A stretch of DNA of 64,000 nt from Sulfolobales archaeon HS-7. Its GTDB lineage: Archaea > Thermoproteota > Thermoprotei_A > Sulfolobales > Sulfolobaceae. How positions within the stretch are numbered: the stretch's first letter is position 1; each line of letters opens with the position of its first letter. Of the stretch, positions 40,737 through 51,199 are shown in pieces. Below the pieces are notes generated by a model, which saw only the letters and a program-made list of their open reading frames with translations, was not told where the DNA came from and made no database searches. A program made the position numbers and the translations under genes. The stretch is taken from contig AP024596.1 of the NCBI GenBank assembly GCA_019704295.1, positions 32,001-96,000 of the forward strand. Reading direction: 5' to 3'.

Positions 40737-43228
40737 ATTAACGGTTTTACATCGTTAAAGTCTACTGCATGGAAGGAAATTATTTCCCCTCCCTCAAGGA
40801 CGCACGATTCCTTCCCTACCTTAACTATTCTCTTCCCTTTTAACAGGGAAACAGTCTCACACACGTCAGCATCAGCGTATAGCTCCCTCAGGTCGACAAG
40901 TGCTCTACCCCCATCGAATTTAATTTTCACAGCTGACAGTAGCTTCGGATCCTTAATAAACGCCCTACTTTCCCTATTAAGCACTGAGGTATCGAACTCG
41001 CATCTCTCCAGCGTTTCCTCAAATTGCTCAAGTTCGCAATATTTAAAGAAGCCACCTGCCTTTCTCTCGTTGTACGCACTCCTTACGTCCTGATCTGAGC
41101 TTATTCCCCCGCTTTCATAGGCCACGACCTTTTTAAGCCTTCGAAGGATGACGGAGTGAAAGTGCTCTCCCATTTCTATCCCAATCCACTTCCTGTGAAG
41201 CTTCTGCGCCACAGCTACCGTAGTTCCAGAACCTAGGAAATAATCTAGAACCAAGTCCCCTCCTCTAGTGGTGGATGTTATTACCCTCTTGAGTAGCTGT
41301 TCCGAATTCTCTGTAGGAAAACCCCAACGCGAGGGTATTACATACGAGGGGATGTCAAGCCAAAGGGAGTCTAACTTTACCTCTTCCCGCTGGAGTACCT
41401 CAGGCATACCCTCTACAACTTTTCCGCTGGTATCTACGTACCTTTTAGAGGTATTGATCCTGATCCACCCCTCTGCTAACCCCCTGTCAATTTCCCTTTG
41501 CGAAAGAGCCCAATGCCTTCCCTTGGGGGGTAATAGCTTCCTCCCGTTAAATTCCCTCACCTGGCGTTCGTAGGTTGCTCTCTCTCCTGGGAGATGCATT
41601 GGTAACCACTTCCTATTCTCCCTTTTCACTTTAGGGGTAACGAAGTAGTACCTATCCGATTTCGAAAAGAACTCTAGGTAATCATTACCAGTGAGTAGGC
41701 GTTTCGCTTCACCCTTAGGGACCGTTCCCCTCCTTATGATGATTTCGTTCCTGAAATTATCCTCACCGAAAATCTCCCCTAATAGTAACCTGAGAAAGGC
41801 GTTTCCATTATAGTCGCACCTGACGAAGATGCATCCTGTGTCGTTGAGGAGATCCTTGGATACGGTTATCCTGTTTTCTAACATGGAAATCCAGGTGGAG
41901 TCCTTAAATCTGACCCTGTACAGGAAGTCGGCTTCCCTCTCTTTATTGAAAGGGGGGTCAATGTAGATCGCTTGCACTTTGCTCAGGAACTTATGCGATA
42001 ATGTCCTCAGTGCCTGATAGTTTTCCGAATGTATCAACCAACCGTCAAGTGAGTCGTCTAAGTTATCGAAAAGGGCTATTATCTTCCACTCAATCTCGTC
42101 GAAGTACTTTGTATCTATAGGAAGAAATGCGTACTTCTCCCTTATCGAACACTCACCGTCTGAGGAGTTGGATTCCCCAATGTGAGAATCCTGAGAAGGT
42201 GACATCTCACTCATCCCCTGCTGAAGTTCCGATCTCGAACTCTCCGAAAGGGTTCCGCACTCTAAAACTTCATTGGGAGAAAACTCCTTTGGAATCAGAC
42301 CCAACTCCTTCCATTCCTCTAGTTGACGTTCAAACCCCTCGCTCGAGATCAACTCCATTATGATGTTGATCCCGCCCTTTCTTTCCTTTATTCTGTTTAG
42401 CGATATTACGTAATGCGAGTTTCTGACGACTTTTGGCTTTTCCCATATTCTAGCGAGTTCCTCTTCGAATTGGCCTATGGCATCAATAAGTAAATACCCT
42501 ACATCCCTAATAGTTCTTATTACCTCTAATCTTTCCCCATCAAATGAGAGGTCATCTACGTACTCTTTCAGCCAAATATCGAATTGTTCCCTTAGGAATT
42601 CCCTTGCCCTCGGATTTATGAAGTAATCCACTTCAACTTGCCTCTCAAACGATGAGAGGATTTCCTCTACCTCTTCCGCGGAAAGTCCTAGCCTTCTAAC
42701 CAGTTGTCTTACAATGCCCTCTCGAGAACCGGAATTAGTCACTCTTATCTTAACTTCGTTATTGGTTACGGACTCCAATTCGTATCCGAAATCCCCTTCA
42801 CTGTATTTTGTCACGTCAAACGAGAATCTGAACTCACGACCTAGTTTAGCGTAACGAACTTCAGTATCCCTTATTCTCCTCACGGTTTTTATGTATATTA
42901 ATCCTCTTGTCCTCCAGTTTAACGCTATGTCGTTGTAATTTACTTTTTCGTAAACTTTCCTATTGGATATTCTCTGGCTGGGAAGGATTAAACCCGAATC
43001 CGAGAACATGAAGGAGAAGAAGTCGTAAAGCTTTTCGTATACCTCTTCTTTAGCTTGTCCGACAACTCTTCCGTCCACAATTTCCCTGACTTTCCTTAAA
43101 ACTAAATCGAAATAAAGCCTCTTTATTTGGATCAGGTTTATAATTCCGGATTTTCCCGTTATTGGTAATCCTATAAACGCTTTCCTGAACTTCTCTACGA
43201 AGAGTTCCTCATTTTCCATATCCTTCAC
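40724..43228 (-). CDS. mod: Type III R-M adenine methyltransferase Mod subunit
   Basis: IYIDPPFN and DYFLGSGTT in beta-class order; GGFFKY. Confidence 0.92.
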   Translation of the reverse strand: MKDMENEELFVEKFRKAFIGLPITGKSGIINLIQIKRLYFDLVLRKVREIVDGRVVGQAKEEVYEKLYDFFSFMFSDSGLILPSQRISNRKVYEKVNYNDIALNWRTRGLIYIKTVRRIRDTEVRYAKLGREFRFSFDVTKYSEGDFGYELESVTNNEVKIRVTNSGSREGIVRQLVRRLGLSAEEVEEILSSFERQVEVDYFINPRAREFLREQFDIWLKEYVDDLSFDGERLEVIRTIRDVGYLLIDAIGQFEEELARIWEKPKVVRNSHYVISLNRIKERKGGINIIMELISSEGFERQLEEWKELGLIPKEFSPNEVLECGTLSESSRSELQQGMSEMSPSQDSHIGESNSSDGECSIREKYAFLPIDTKYFDEIEWKIIALFDNLDDSLDGWLIHSENYQALRTLSHKFLSKVQAIYIDPPFNKEREADFLYRVRFKDSTWISMLENRITVSKDLLNDTGCIFVRCDYNGNAFLRLLLGEIFGEDNFRNEIIIRRGTVPKGEAKRLLTGNDYLEFFSKSDRYYFVTPKVKRENRKWLPMHLPGERATYERQVREFNGRKLLPPKGRHWALSQREIDRGLAEGWIRINTSKRYVDTSGKVVEGMPEVLQREEVKLDSLWLDIPSYVIPSRWGFPTENSEQLLKRVITSTTRGGDLVLDYFLGSGTTVAVAQKLHRKWIGIEMGEHFHSVILRRLKKVVAYESGGISSDQDVRSAYNERKAGGFFKYCELEQFEETLERCEFDTSVLNRESRAFIKDPKLLSAVKIKFDGGRALVDLRELYADADVCETVSLLKGKRIVKVGKESCVLEGGEIISFHAVDFNDVKPLIWWE

Positions 43229-43872
43229 TTAACTGGAAACGGAAACCTTTCCATTCTATAGGAACTATCCCAAAAAAGATATTCATAAACTGACGCAATT
43301 CTGAAATTTCTCAGTACACGACCAAAGTCGTCCACCCTTAGCGAGTTCATGAGGTTGATGACTTGTTCTACAGATTCCCTATAAGAGGTCGCGGAGTAGT
43401 TGTTTATCCACCTTTGATACACGGGATTTGGCGAACCGTCCCTTGACAGTTCCTCTCCAACCTTCATGTAAATCACGTAACAAGGCATTATTGCGGCTAA
43501 GGCCTGGGGAAGAGGGGATAGCTGAGTTTCAGCAAGGAGAAAGTTCGTATAAGCTAGATTAGTGGGAGACATGTCCCACTCCTCAGGTTCTACCTTCCAA
43601 TTAGCAATGTAAAATATGTGAAGCTGTCTTTCCTCTGAAAGCGAGGCTTCGACGTGCTTTATGAGTTTTATCATCCACTCGTATTCGCATTTATTAGCTA
43701 CGTTTAGAACGGCCCTCCCAAAACTCTTCAGGTAGAGGTAGTCTTGAAGTATGTAAAACCTAAACCTATCCTCCGATAAGGAGCCCTCCCTTAATTCAGC
43801 GATAAAAGGGTGGAAAAGTATTTTCTCGTATATATCTTTAACGTGATCCCACATCACCTGAAAATTTTCCAT
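43225..43872 (-). CDS. tenA: TenA / thiaminase II
   Basis: HPF, YILQDYLYL, PC and YEYLFW motifs. Confidence 0.92.
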   Translation of the reverse strand: MENFQVMWDHVKDIYEKILFHPFIAELREGSLSEDRFRFYILQDYLYLKSFGRAVLNVANKCEYEWMIKLIKHVEASLSEERQLHIFYIANWKVEPEEWDMSPTNLAYTNFLLAETQLSPLPQALAAIMPCYVIYMKVGEELSRDGSPNPVYQRWINNYSATSYRESVEQVINLMNSLRVDDFGRVLRNFRIASVYEYLFWDSSYRMERFPFPVK

Positions 43873-43904
43873 AATCGGAGTAAGTTACATCAGTTTTAAA
43901 TGTT

Positions 43905-44906
43905 TTAGGGAGTGACGAGAATTTTACCTACTCTACTTGGTTCGTGAAGGGAGTTAAGACCTTCCTTTACATTCGCCAGAGGAACTTCCTCACCGATAAT
44001 GGGGGTTATTTTTCCAGACGCCTCAAGTTCCATTGTCTCCCTCACGTCTGCAGAAGTTACAGAGGCATTTCCCACGAACTTAATATCCTTTAGTATGAGG
44101 GAGCCAAATCGAATAGGGGCTGACGACGACGGATCCAGATTTCCCACCTGTAGAATCGAGCCCCCTGCTGAAATCGCCTTTACGTTTTCGAAAAACGTCT
44201 GTACGCCCACTGTGTCTACTATTAAAGTAACGTCCTCCTTTTTGATCTGTTCCGCGTATTTCTCTCCCACCACGACTAAGTCCGAGAACCTTTTAACGAC
44301 TCTTGCCTTTTCCTCGCTTCTCACTTGAGCTATTACCCTAGCTCCTAATGCTTTGAGGAGTTGTACGGCGTGAATTCCAACTCCGCCCGCTGCGCCCGTA
44401 ACTAAAACCGTTGAGTCTTTCACATTAGGGGAGGATCTCTTTACACCCCTGTATATCATTGCAGTAACACAGGGAGTTATTACGGCTAATTCGTCTGTTA
44501 AATTCGTGGGAACTCTAACTGCACTTTTCGCACTTATCGTTGCGTATTCGCTGAAAAAGCCATCCAATTCCTCAGAATAGCCTAACTTATTTCTGCAGTA
44601 ATTCTCAAAGCCTAATTTACACTTATCACATGTCATGTCCGGTGCATATAACAGGGAGACAACTCTATCTCCTGGAGTAAAGTTCGTCATTGAACCGGCC
44701 TTAACAACCTCGCCTACCATTTCATGACCCAGAATTACGGGATACTTCATTCTAGGATAATATCCCTCTAACTGAAGGAGATCCCTATAGCAAATAGACG
44801 CTTTCCTTACTTTTACGAGAAGCTCGTCGTTATTAGGACTCCTTATAGGTACGTCAGTTACTTCCAATTTTCCGCGTTCCTTAACAACAGCTGCTAACAT
44901 ACCCAT
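43905..44906 (-). CDS. Acryloyl-CoA reductase-like zinc-binding dehydrogenase (3HP/4HB cycle)
   Basis: CYRDLLQLEGYYPRMKYPVILGHE matches the recalled Sulfolobales acryloyl-CoA reductase; GAAGGVG. Confidence 0.82.
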   Translation of the reverse strand: MGMLAAVVKERGKLEVTDVPIRSPNNDELLVKVRKASICYRDLLQLEGYYPRMKYPVILGHEMVGEVVKAGSMTNFTPGDRVVSLLYAPDMTCDKCKLGFENYCRNKLGYSEELDGFFSEYATISAKSAVRVPTNLTDELAVITPCVTAMIYRGVKRSSPNVKDSTVLVTGAAGGVGIHAVQLLKALGARVIAQVRSEEKARVVKRFSDLVVVGEKYAEQIKKEDVTLIVDTVGVQTFFENVKAISAGGSILQVGNLDPSSSAPIRFGSLILKDIKFVGNASVTSADVRETMELEASGKITPIIGEEVPLANVKEGLNSLHEPSRVGKILVTP

Positions 44907-45047
44907 CTCGCAAATTTACTTTAAGTTATGCATCCTTAAGTCTTTCTGAATCCTAAACATCGTAATGAGGAAATTAGTCCCTTCCTTCACGGGGGCTTAT
45001 GGTAATAGTGTGCTAGGTTACAAGTTTCTATAGAGAATTGGGGTTAA

Positions 45048-45373
45048 GGGGACGTAAAGCCTTTGCCTTTTTAAGGCTGGATTGATAGCCCCTTTACATT
45101 AATATATCCCCTTTATTGTTTTTCAGTGACGTTAACGACGCTCCTTCCGGGCTCCATTAAGCGTTTAACGGGACTGAGGGAGGGGCACTTATCATTTCTC
45201 TTTCTTTCACGGGGATCCAGAGGCATTCTATGACAGATCCCCACTTTCCATATGGGAATGGGTTTCTGTCCCGCTTGACTGACCACTAAACGAGATGTAA
45301 CACCAAATCGATAGTGGGAACGATGAGCCCTCTGGGAGGGAACCCTTGGCCTTCAATGCAAGGAGGAAGTCAG
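45048..45373 (+). mobile_element. SMN1-like non-autonomous IS200/IS605-derived element (326 bp)
   Basis: Left end GGGGACGTAAAGCC...GATAGCCCC follows GTTAA; right part GAGATGTAACACCAAATCGAT...GGGAACCCTTGGCCTTCAATGCAAGGAGGAAGTCAG; no ORF. Confidence 0.8.
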
Positions 45374-45418
45374 ACTAGATCCTGAAGCTCTTAAACTCCT
45401 CATTAAAAAACATTGAAT

Positions 45419-47371
45419 ATGAAACTTGTTATTACTGAGAAGCCTAGTGTTGCGATGGACATAGCTAGGGCACTTAATGCTACGTCGAAAGGTGATGGTT
45501 ATCTCTACAACGACGAATACGTGATAACTTGGGCTTTAGGTCATCTATTTAACATTGACGACTCAATAGCACCGGCAAAGTGGGACATTAAATCCCTTCC
45601 TATTTTCCCGGAGAAATTTTCTTACTCATTAATACGAGGAAAAGAAAAGCAGTTTAAGGTTATCCGATCCCTCCTATCCAAATCCGAGGTAGTAATTAAC
45701 TGTGGTGACGCGGGGAGAGAGGGCGAACTTATAATAAGGGAAATCCTGAGAGAGGCAAATTACGTCGGTAAGGTGTTAAGGTTCTGGACGTCTGAAGCCC
45801 TAACCAGAGAGGTTATACATAGAGAGTTCGGAAACCTAAAACCCTCACAAGCCTTTGACGACCTGTACTATAGTGCCCTTGCCAGGCAGCAGAGCGATTG
45901 GTTGGTTGGGATAAACCTCACTAGGTTAATAACGTTAAGGGCAGGAGGTAGGGAGGTCTGGAGTATAGGAAGGGTTCAGACCCCTACCTTAAATATAGTT
46001 GTAATGAGGGATAAGGAAATAGAGGAATTTAAGCCTCAGGTATACTACGTGGTCAAGGCTGAATTTGAGGGATATGAGGGAATACTCGTAAAAGATGGGA
46101 AGATATTACAGTTAACTGAGGAAGATGCTGACAAGATAGTACGGGGTCTTTCAAAATACAGTACGGGGATAGTGGACTCAATTAACGAAGAACTTCATTC
46201 AGAACCTCCCCCTTTCCTACACTCCCTTACATCTCTTCAGCGAGAGGCTAATACGGTTTACGGAATTTCCGCTCAAAAGACCCTGGACTCCGCCCAGAGA
46301 CTTTACGAGGAATTCAAGGTAATCAGTTACCCGAGAACTGATGCAAGGCATATGGGCGATGACGCCAGGGGATTAGTAACGAATGTGCTGAAGAAGCTGG
46401 GACTTGAGGAACTGATCCCCAACGTTAACAAGGTCGGGAAGAGAGTTTTCGACTCGTCAAAGTTAACGGATCACCACGCAATAATTCCGCTTGACGTCCT
46501 ACCTTCTAACGTGACGGGCATTGATAAAGAGATTTACGATCTAATCCTGAGGAAATTTAAGGGTGTATTCATGCCCGACCATAAATTCGTTGAGAAAAAG
46601 CTGATTACTCAAGTGGGAGGATTTGATTTCCTAACTGAGGAGAAATTTGATGTTCAAATGGGATGGATGTCGCTATATAGAAAACCTACTATGTCCACTC
46701 TCCCCACACTAAGGAGGGGAGATTCCGTAAGGATTAGGCGGATATACAAGGAGAAGAGAACGACCAAACCTCCCCCTAGATTTAACGAGGCTTCGCTACT
46801 GAGGGAAATGGAAAAGCTCTCTTTAGGGACTCCGTCTACAAGGGCTTCTATAATTGAGACTCTATTAAGGAGGAAATACATCGTGAGGAGAGGAAAAACC
46901 CTGTACTCTACACCTAAGGGGAGGGAGGTGATCTCTAAACTCGGAGAAAGTAAGTTAGCAGATCCCTCAATGACAAGCGAGTGGGAAAAAGAGCTTGAGG
47001 CGATCTACATTAAGAAAATGGGTGAGGAAGGACACAGGGCTTTCCTGAAGAAGATCAAGGAATTCGTTAATCAGGAAATGAAAAGGCTGATAACCGTTTC
47101 CTTTACTTATGAAGATGAGGTTAAGCAGCTAAGGTGTTTTTGCGGGGGAGATGTAAAGTTCGTTAATGGGGTATGGAAGTGTGAGAGATGTAATACTTCA
47201 ATCAAAGAGTATATCTTAGGTAAGAGGCTTACCGAATCCCAAATAAGGGGGTTGTTTGAGGGAAAGAGGGTTAAAGTGAGCGGTTTACGAAGTAAGAAGG
47301 GTAAAAAGTTTTCCGCTACGTTATTTCTGAGTGAGGGTAAGTTGAAGTTCGATTTCAGTAAAAAATCGTAA
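45419..47371 (+). CDS. topB: Type IA DNA topoisomerase, bacterial TopB (Topo III)-like
   Basis: EKPS, DAGREGE, GRVQTPTL, catalytic SYPRTD, HHAIIP and GTPSTR motifs; C-terminal SKKGKKFSATL repeat. Confidence 0.88.
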   Translation: MKLVITEKPSVAMDIARALNATSKGDGYLYNDEYVITWALGHLFNIDDSIAPAKWDIKSLPIFPEKFSYSLIRGKEKQFKVIRSLLSKSEVVINCGDAGREGELIIREILREANYVGKVLRFWTSEALTREVIHREFGNLKPSQAFDDLYYSALARQQSDWLVGINLTRLITLRAGGREVWSIGRVQTPTLNIVVMRDKEIEEFKPQVYYVVKAEFEGYEGILVKDGKILQLTEEDADKIVRGLSKYSTGIVDSINEELHSEPPPFLHSLTSLQREANTVYGISAQKTLDSAQRLYEEFKVISYPRTDARHMGDDARGLVTNVLKKLGLEELIPNVNKVGKRVFDSSKLTDHHAIIPLDVLPSNVTGIDKEIYDLILRKFKGVFMPDHKFVEKKLITQVGGFDFLTEEKFDVQMGWMSLYRKPTMSTLPTLRRGDSVRIRRIYKEKRTTKPPPRFNEASLLREMEKLSLGTPSTRASIIETLLRRKYIVRRGKTLYSTPKGREVISKLGESKLADPSMTSEWEKELEAIYIKKMGEEGHRAFLKKIKEFVNQEMKRLITVSFTYEDEVKQLRCFCGGDVKFVNGVWKCERCNTSIKEYILGKRLTESQIRGLFEGKRVKVSGLRSKKGKKFSATLFLSEGKLKFDFSKKS

Positions 47372-47397
47372 ATACTCCTTTCTCCACAATACGACTA

Positions 47398-48375
47398 TTG
47401 AAGGTCGTATTCGATCAGATATACCTGAAACACGATCCCATATTCGAGCACGTAGAGAATTCTAAAAGAGCCGAAATTGTCCTGAAGACTTTAAACGAAT
47501 TCAACCCCGAGATCATACCACCCATTAAGATCGACGTCAAGGAGATCTACACAATTCACGACCCAGAGTACGTCGAGATGATAAGATTAAAAAGCAAATT
47601 GGGGGACGACATCGATCCCGACACCTACACAAACGCCTATACTTTTGAGGCTGCGCTGAGCGCATTAGGAGGAGCGCTAACAGCGTATGAGAACTCAGCT
47701 ATAGCTATGCTTAGGCCTCCAGGTCATCATGCCGGTATAAGAGGATGCGCTCTTGGCGCACCGACACAGGGTTTCTGCATATTCAATAACATGGCTTTTG
47801 CGGTTTCCAAGAGGAGGGAAAAGAGAATTGCGATTGTCGATTTCGATGTTCATCACGGGAACGGGACGCAGGAGATATTTTACTACGACCCAAATGTTCT
47901 TCATATTGATATTCACCAATCGCCCCTGTATCCAGGAACGGGCAGCGTTTTCGAAAACGGAGGGGGAGAAGCTAAGGGAACAAAGGTTAATATCATCCTC
48001 CCTCCACTGTCATCTGATGACGTTATGGATGACGTTTTCCCAATCATCGAGGAGATCTTATCCGAGTTTAATCCTGAGGTTATGGCATTTTCAGCGGGAT
48101 TTGACGGATACGTAAATGACGGTCTCGCTGAATTAGCTCTAACCGAAAAGACCTTTTACAGATACGGACTTTTGGGAAGAAAAATGAAGAACTTCGTCGT
48201 AATCGAGGGAGGATATTCTATAGGACTTGAAAGGGGGTTAAGGGCCTTTGTACAAGGACTTCTTGGCATCCAAGAGGACTATAAGGGCGGGAAGACCTCC
48301 CCTCCTGTAAGGTCGAGGTTTGAACAAAACCTAAAGGAGTTTAAGGCTATATACTCTAATTATTGGGGTGTGTAA
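47398..48375 (+). CDS. Histone deacetylase / acetylpolyamine amidohydrolase family protein
   Basis: RPPGHHA, GFC, DVHHGNGT, SAGFD and EGGY motifs. Confidence 0.93.
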   Translation: MKVVFDQIYLKHDPIFEHVENSKRAEIVLKTLNEFNPEIIPPIKIDVKEIYTIHDPEYVEMIRLKSKLGDDIDPDTYTNAYTFEAALSALGGALTAYENSAIAMLRPPGHHAGIRGCALGAPTQGFCIFNNMAFAVSKRREKRIAIVDFDVHHGNGTQEIFYYDPNVLHIDIHQSPLYPGTGSVFENGGGEAKGTKVNIILPPLSSDDVMDDVFPIIEEILSEFNPEVMAFSAGFDGYVNDGLAELALTEKTFYRYGLLGRKMKNFVVIEGGYSIGLERGLRAFVQGLLGIQEDYKGGKTSPPVRSRFEQNLKEFKAIYSNYWGV

Positions 48376-50143
48376 TGTGATCGCGTGTACGAGGGACTGT
48401 TACGATACCTGTGTATTCGATCAAAACTATAGACCAATAAGGGATTTCCCATTCAACGGATTTACATGCTCTAGGGGGAACAGCGACTTAAAACGCAATG
48501 ATCTCAATAGAGTTAACAATCCCGTAATTGAGGGAAAGGAGGTTGATCTGAAAACTGCAGTAACTTACCTGGTTAAGGAATTGAAGAAGACTAAAATAAG
48601 TGAGGTAATTCACGTGGATTACGACGGAAATCAAGGACTATTAACGTGGTACTTTCCCGCAAGGTTATGGAACGTCCTTGGGGCTGTAACGACCGATTAC
48701 TCGATATGTAGTTCTGAAGGTCATAAGGCCCTTTCAATGCATTACGGAACTAGTTTCGGAGCATTACCAGAGGACTTCGCCAATCAGAAGGCATTTGTCT
48801 TCTGGGGTTCGGAGGCTTCAGTAAGCTTCATTCACGGATGGTTTTTAGCTAAGGATAAGTATAAGGTCACTATAGACGTTAGAATAAGCGAAACGGCGAG
48901 GAAAAGCGATAGGTATTTCATAATTAAACCATCGAGTGACGCCTATCTGGCTGTGGGTATAATCAAACTTCTTTCTAAAAAGTTCAAGATTGATGATAAC
49001 CTGCTCAATTTCGTAGAAAGGTTTTCTATGGATCAAATAGTCTCAATCACCGGCCTTTCAGAAGGTGAGATAGAGGAGATAGCAGGGATATATTCAGAGA
49101 TGTCTCCCCTTACGGTGTTGGGATTCGCCCTGGGAAGGACTTTAAACGGTGGAGAGGCGATAAGGCTTATCTCCTTAATAAGTCACATAATAGGTAAGGG
49201 AAGAAAAGGTTTCTTCTACTCTAACACTTACGGCTGGGGAATCGATTTCGATTACTTAAGGGGGACTCACGAACACAGTCCGTCAAGGGTTGTGGGAATG
49301 GCAGAGGTAGGAAAGGAGGTTGAGGAAGGTAAATTAAAGTTCATGTTCGTATGGAACTCCAATCCGATTCACTCCCTACCGGGCGCTGACAGAATCGTTG
49401 ATGCCGTAAGGGAGGGAGGACTTTTCCTTGTGGTACATGACCCATTCTGGTCTGAAACCGCAAAGCTAGCTAACGTAGTTATTCCCGCCTCGACTTTCCT
49501 TGAGAAACATGACGTGGTTTACAGCTATTGGCATCAGTTTTTAGTTTACAACGCTCCAATAAGGCAACCTAAAGGCGTAACCGAAGTAGAGCTAATGAGA
49601 GAAATTTCAAAGGAATTGGGAATTAACGAGAGATGTTTAACCGAAGACGAATGGGATGCGATAGATTATGCCATTAGGAATACTGGCGTCACTTTAACTC
49701 AGTTAAAGGAAAAGGGTCTAGCCAAAATGATCCCTCATTATCTAGAGAAGTTTTCGATAACTCCTCTGCCAGAGAAGCTGATCCCTCCTGAGGAAAAACT
49801 TCTCGTCTATGGAGGGCATCCCAATTACACGAACTCCCAATTTAAGGAGATCTATGGGGATAGGGAAGCAGTTATATATAATTCCGAATATGAGGGGGAG
49901 GGATATCTAATTACGGAAAAAGGGGAGGTTAGAGTTACTTTTAGGAAAGGAAACTTACCTAAAGGCGTATTCTTTGCGTACAAGAACTTCTTGTTTGATA
50001 AGGAGGGCAGGCCGATCAATTCTCTGTCAAGCTGGGAAAAGGGGAAGTATGGGGGCACTCCGTTACTTAACTACACTAAGATAATTGGGGTAAGAATTGA
50101 AGAAAGGAAAGAAGAACCGAAAATTGTTGGAGATTCTCTATAA
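48368..50143 (+). CDS. Molybdopterin-dependent oxidoreductase
   Basis: CTRDCYDTC...C Fe-S motif and SETAKLANVVIPA. Confidence 0.9.
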   Translation: MCNVIACTRDCYDTCVFDQNYRPIRDFPFNGFTCSRGNSDLKRNDLNRVNNPVIEGKEVDLKTAVTYLVKELKKTKISEVIHVDYDGNQGLLTWYFPARLWNVLGAVTTDYSICSSEGHKALSMHYGTSFGALPEDFANQKAFVFWGSEASVSFIHGWFLAKDKYKVTIDVRISETARKSDRYFIIKPSSDAYLAVGIIKLLSKKFKIDDNLLNFVERFSMDQIVSITGLSEGEIEEIAGIYSEMSPLTVLGFALGRTLNGGEAIRLISLISHIIGKGRKGFFYSNTYGWGIDFDYLRGTHEHSPSRVVGMAEVGKEVEEGKLKFMFVWNSNPIHSLPGADRIVDAVREGGLFLVVHDPFWSETAKLANVVIPASTFLEKHDVVYSYWHQFLVYNAPIRQPKGVTEVELMREISKELGINERCLTEDEWDAIDYAIRNTGVTLTQLKEKGLAKMIPHYLEKFSITPLPEKLIPPEEKLLVYGGHPNYTNSQFKEIYGDREAVIYNSEYEGEGYLITEKGEVRVTFRKGNLPKGVFFAYKNFLFDKEGRPINSLSSWEKGKYGGTPLLNYTKIIGVRIEERKEEPKIVGDSL

Positions 50144-50371
50144 GGTGAATTATGACGTTGGCCTCCTTTTTCAAACGCCTTAGTTAGCTTCACTTAATAA
50201 GGACTTCTACAGTCTATCGACTTTTTTAGAATTACTTTTACATATAGAGGAAAAATGCGACACCTACTAGCTTTTCGAGATTATAAATCACCACCCCCCA
50301 GAAGATGAGCAGTAGAGGTATATCACAGGAGGATGTTCTTTCCCCAGTTCGTCAGGCCTATACAGAATTCG

Positions 50372-51199
50372 TTAAGTTACAAGCGAATGTAAGAGTTTAA
50401 GCGCATTATCCTTTAATATCTCACCTTTAATCTCATCGGGTATGTTAATTTCAGAGAATTCCCTAATCCATCTCTCTTGACTAATTAGCGGATAGTCTGA
50501 ACCGAAAAGTAACTTGCCGCGTAATCTCTTAGCGTTTTTCCAGATAACATCAGGAATGTATTTCGGCGACCACCCTGACAGATCTAAATAAACGTTAGGT
50601 TTATGTAGGGATATCGCTATTGCCTCGTCTGTCCATGGCCATCCGAAGTGAGCTAGAACGATCTTAGCGTTCTGGAACTCTACAGCGATCTCATCAAAGT
50701 AGATAGGCCTTCCATAATCGAGTCGTATCCCAGACTTAACGCCACTACCCACCCCAGAAGTACCTGTGTGAAAAACGATAATCATTCCCTCATCGTCTAT
50801 TACCTTATATAGTCTCTTAGCCCTTTCATCAAGAGGGTGAAATCCCTGAAGTTCTGGATGCAGCTTAACTCCTTTAGGTTCAAACCTTTTTATCGCCTCT
50901 CTTAGTTCGGTTTCAGCGTTTTGCTTTAAGGGGTCTACAGAAACGAACCTCACAATTCTATCGTCTTTTTCAATAACATCGTTAGGAATCCTTCTACCCA
51001 GAAAGGTAGATGCATCTATCGGTAGAAGCACGAACTGATTAATTCCCAGTGTTTGTCCCTCATCTAGGGAATCCTTAAGGGATTTTACATCGAATTTAGA
51101 ATTGAAGTACTTCAATGTGCTGTCCTTAAACTCCCCAAGGAAATCTAAGAATTCCCTTACTGGCGCATGAAAGTGGAAATCAACCGACATGTCAAACAC
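50372..51199 (-). CDS. Amidohydrolase_2 family protein
   Basis: DFHFH, GVKLHP, FHTG, AHFGWP and FGSDYP motifs. Confidence 0.9.
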   Translation of the reverse strand: MFDMSVDFHFHAPVREFLDFLGEFKDSTLKYFNSKFDVKSLKDSLDEGQTLGINQFVLLPIDASTFLGRRIPNDVIEKDDRIVRFVSVDPLKQNAETELREAIKRFEPKGVKLHPELQGFHPLDERAKRLYKVIDDEGMIIVFHTGTSGVGSGVKSGIRLDYGRPIYFDEIAVEFQNAKIVLAHFGWPWTDEAIAISLHKPNVYLDLSGWSPKYIPDVIWKNAKRLRGKLLFGSDYPLISQERWIREFSEINIPDEIKGEILKDNALKLLHSLVT

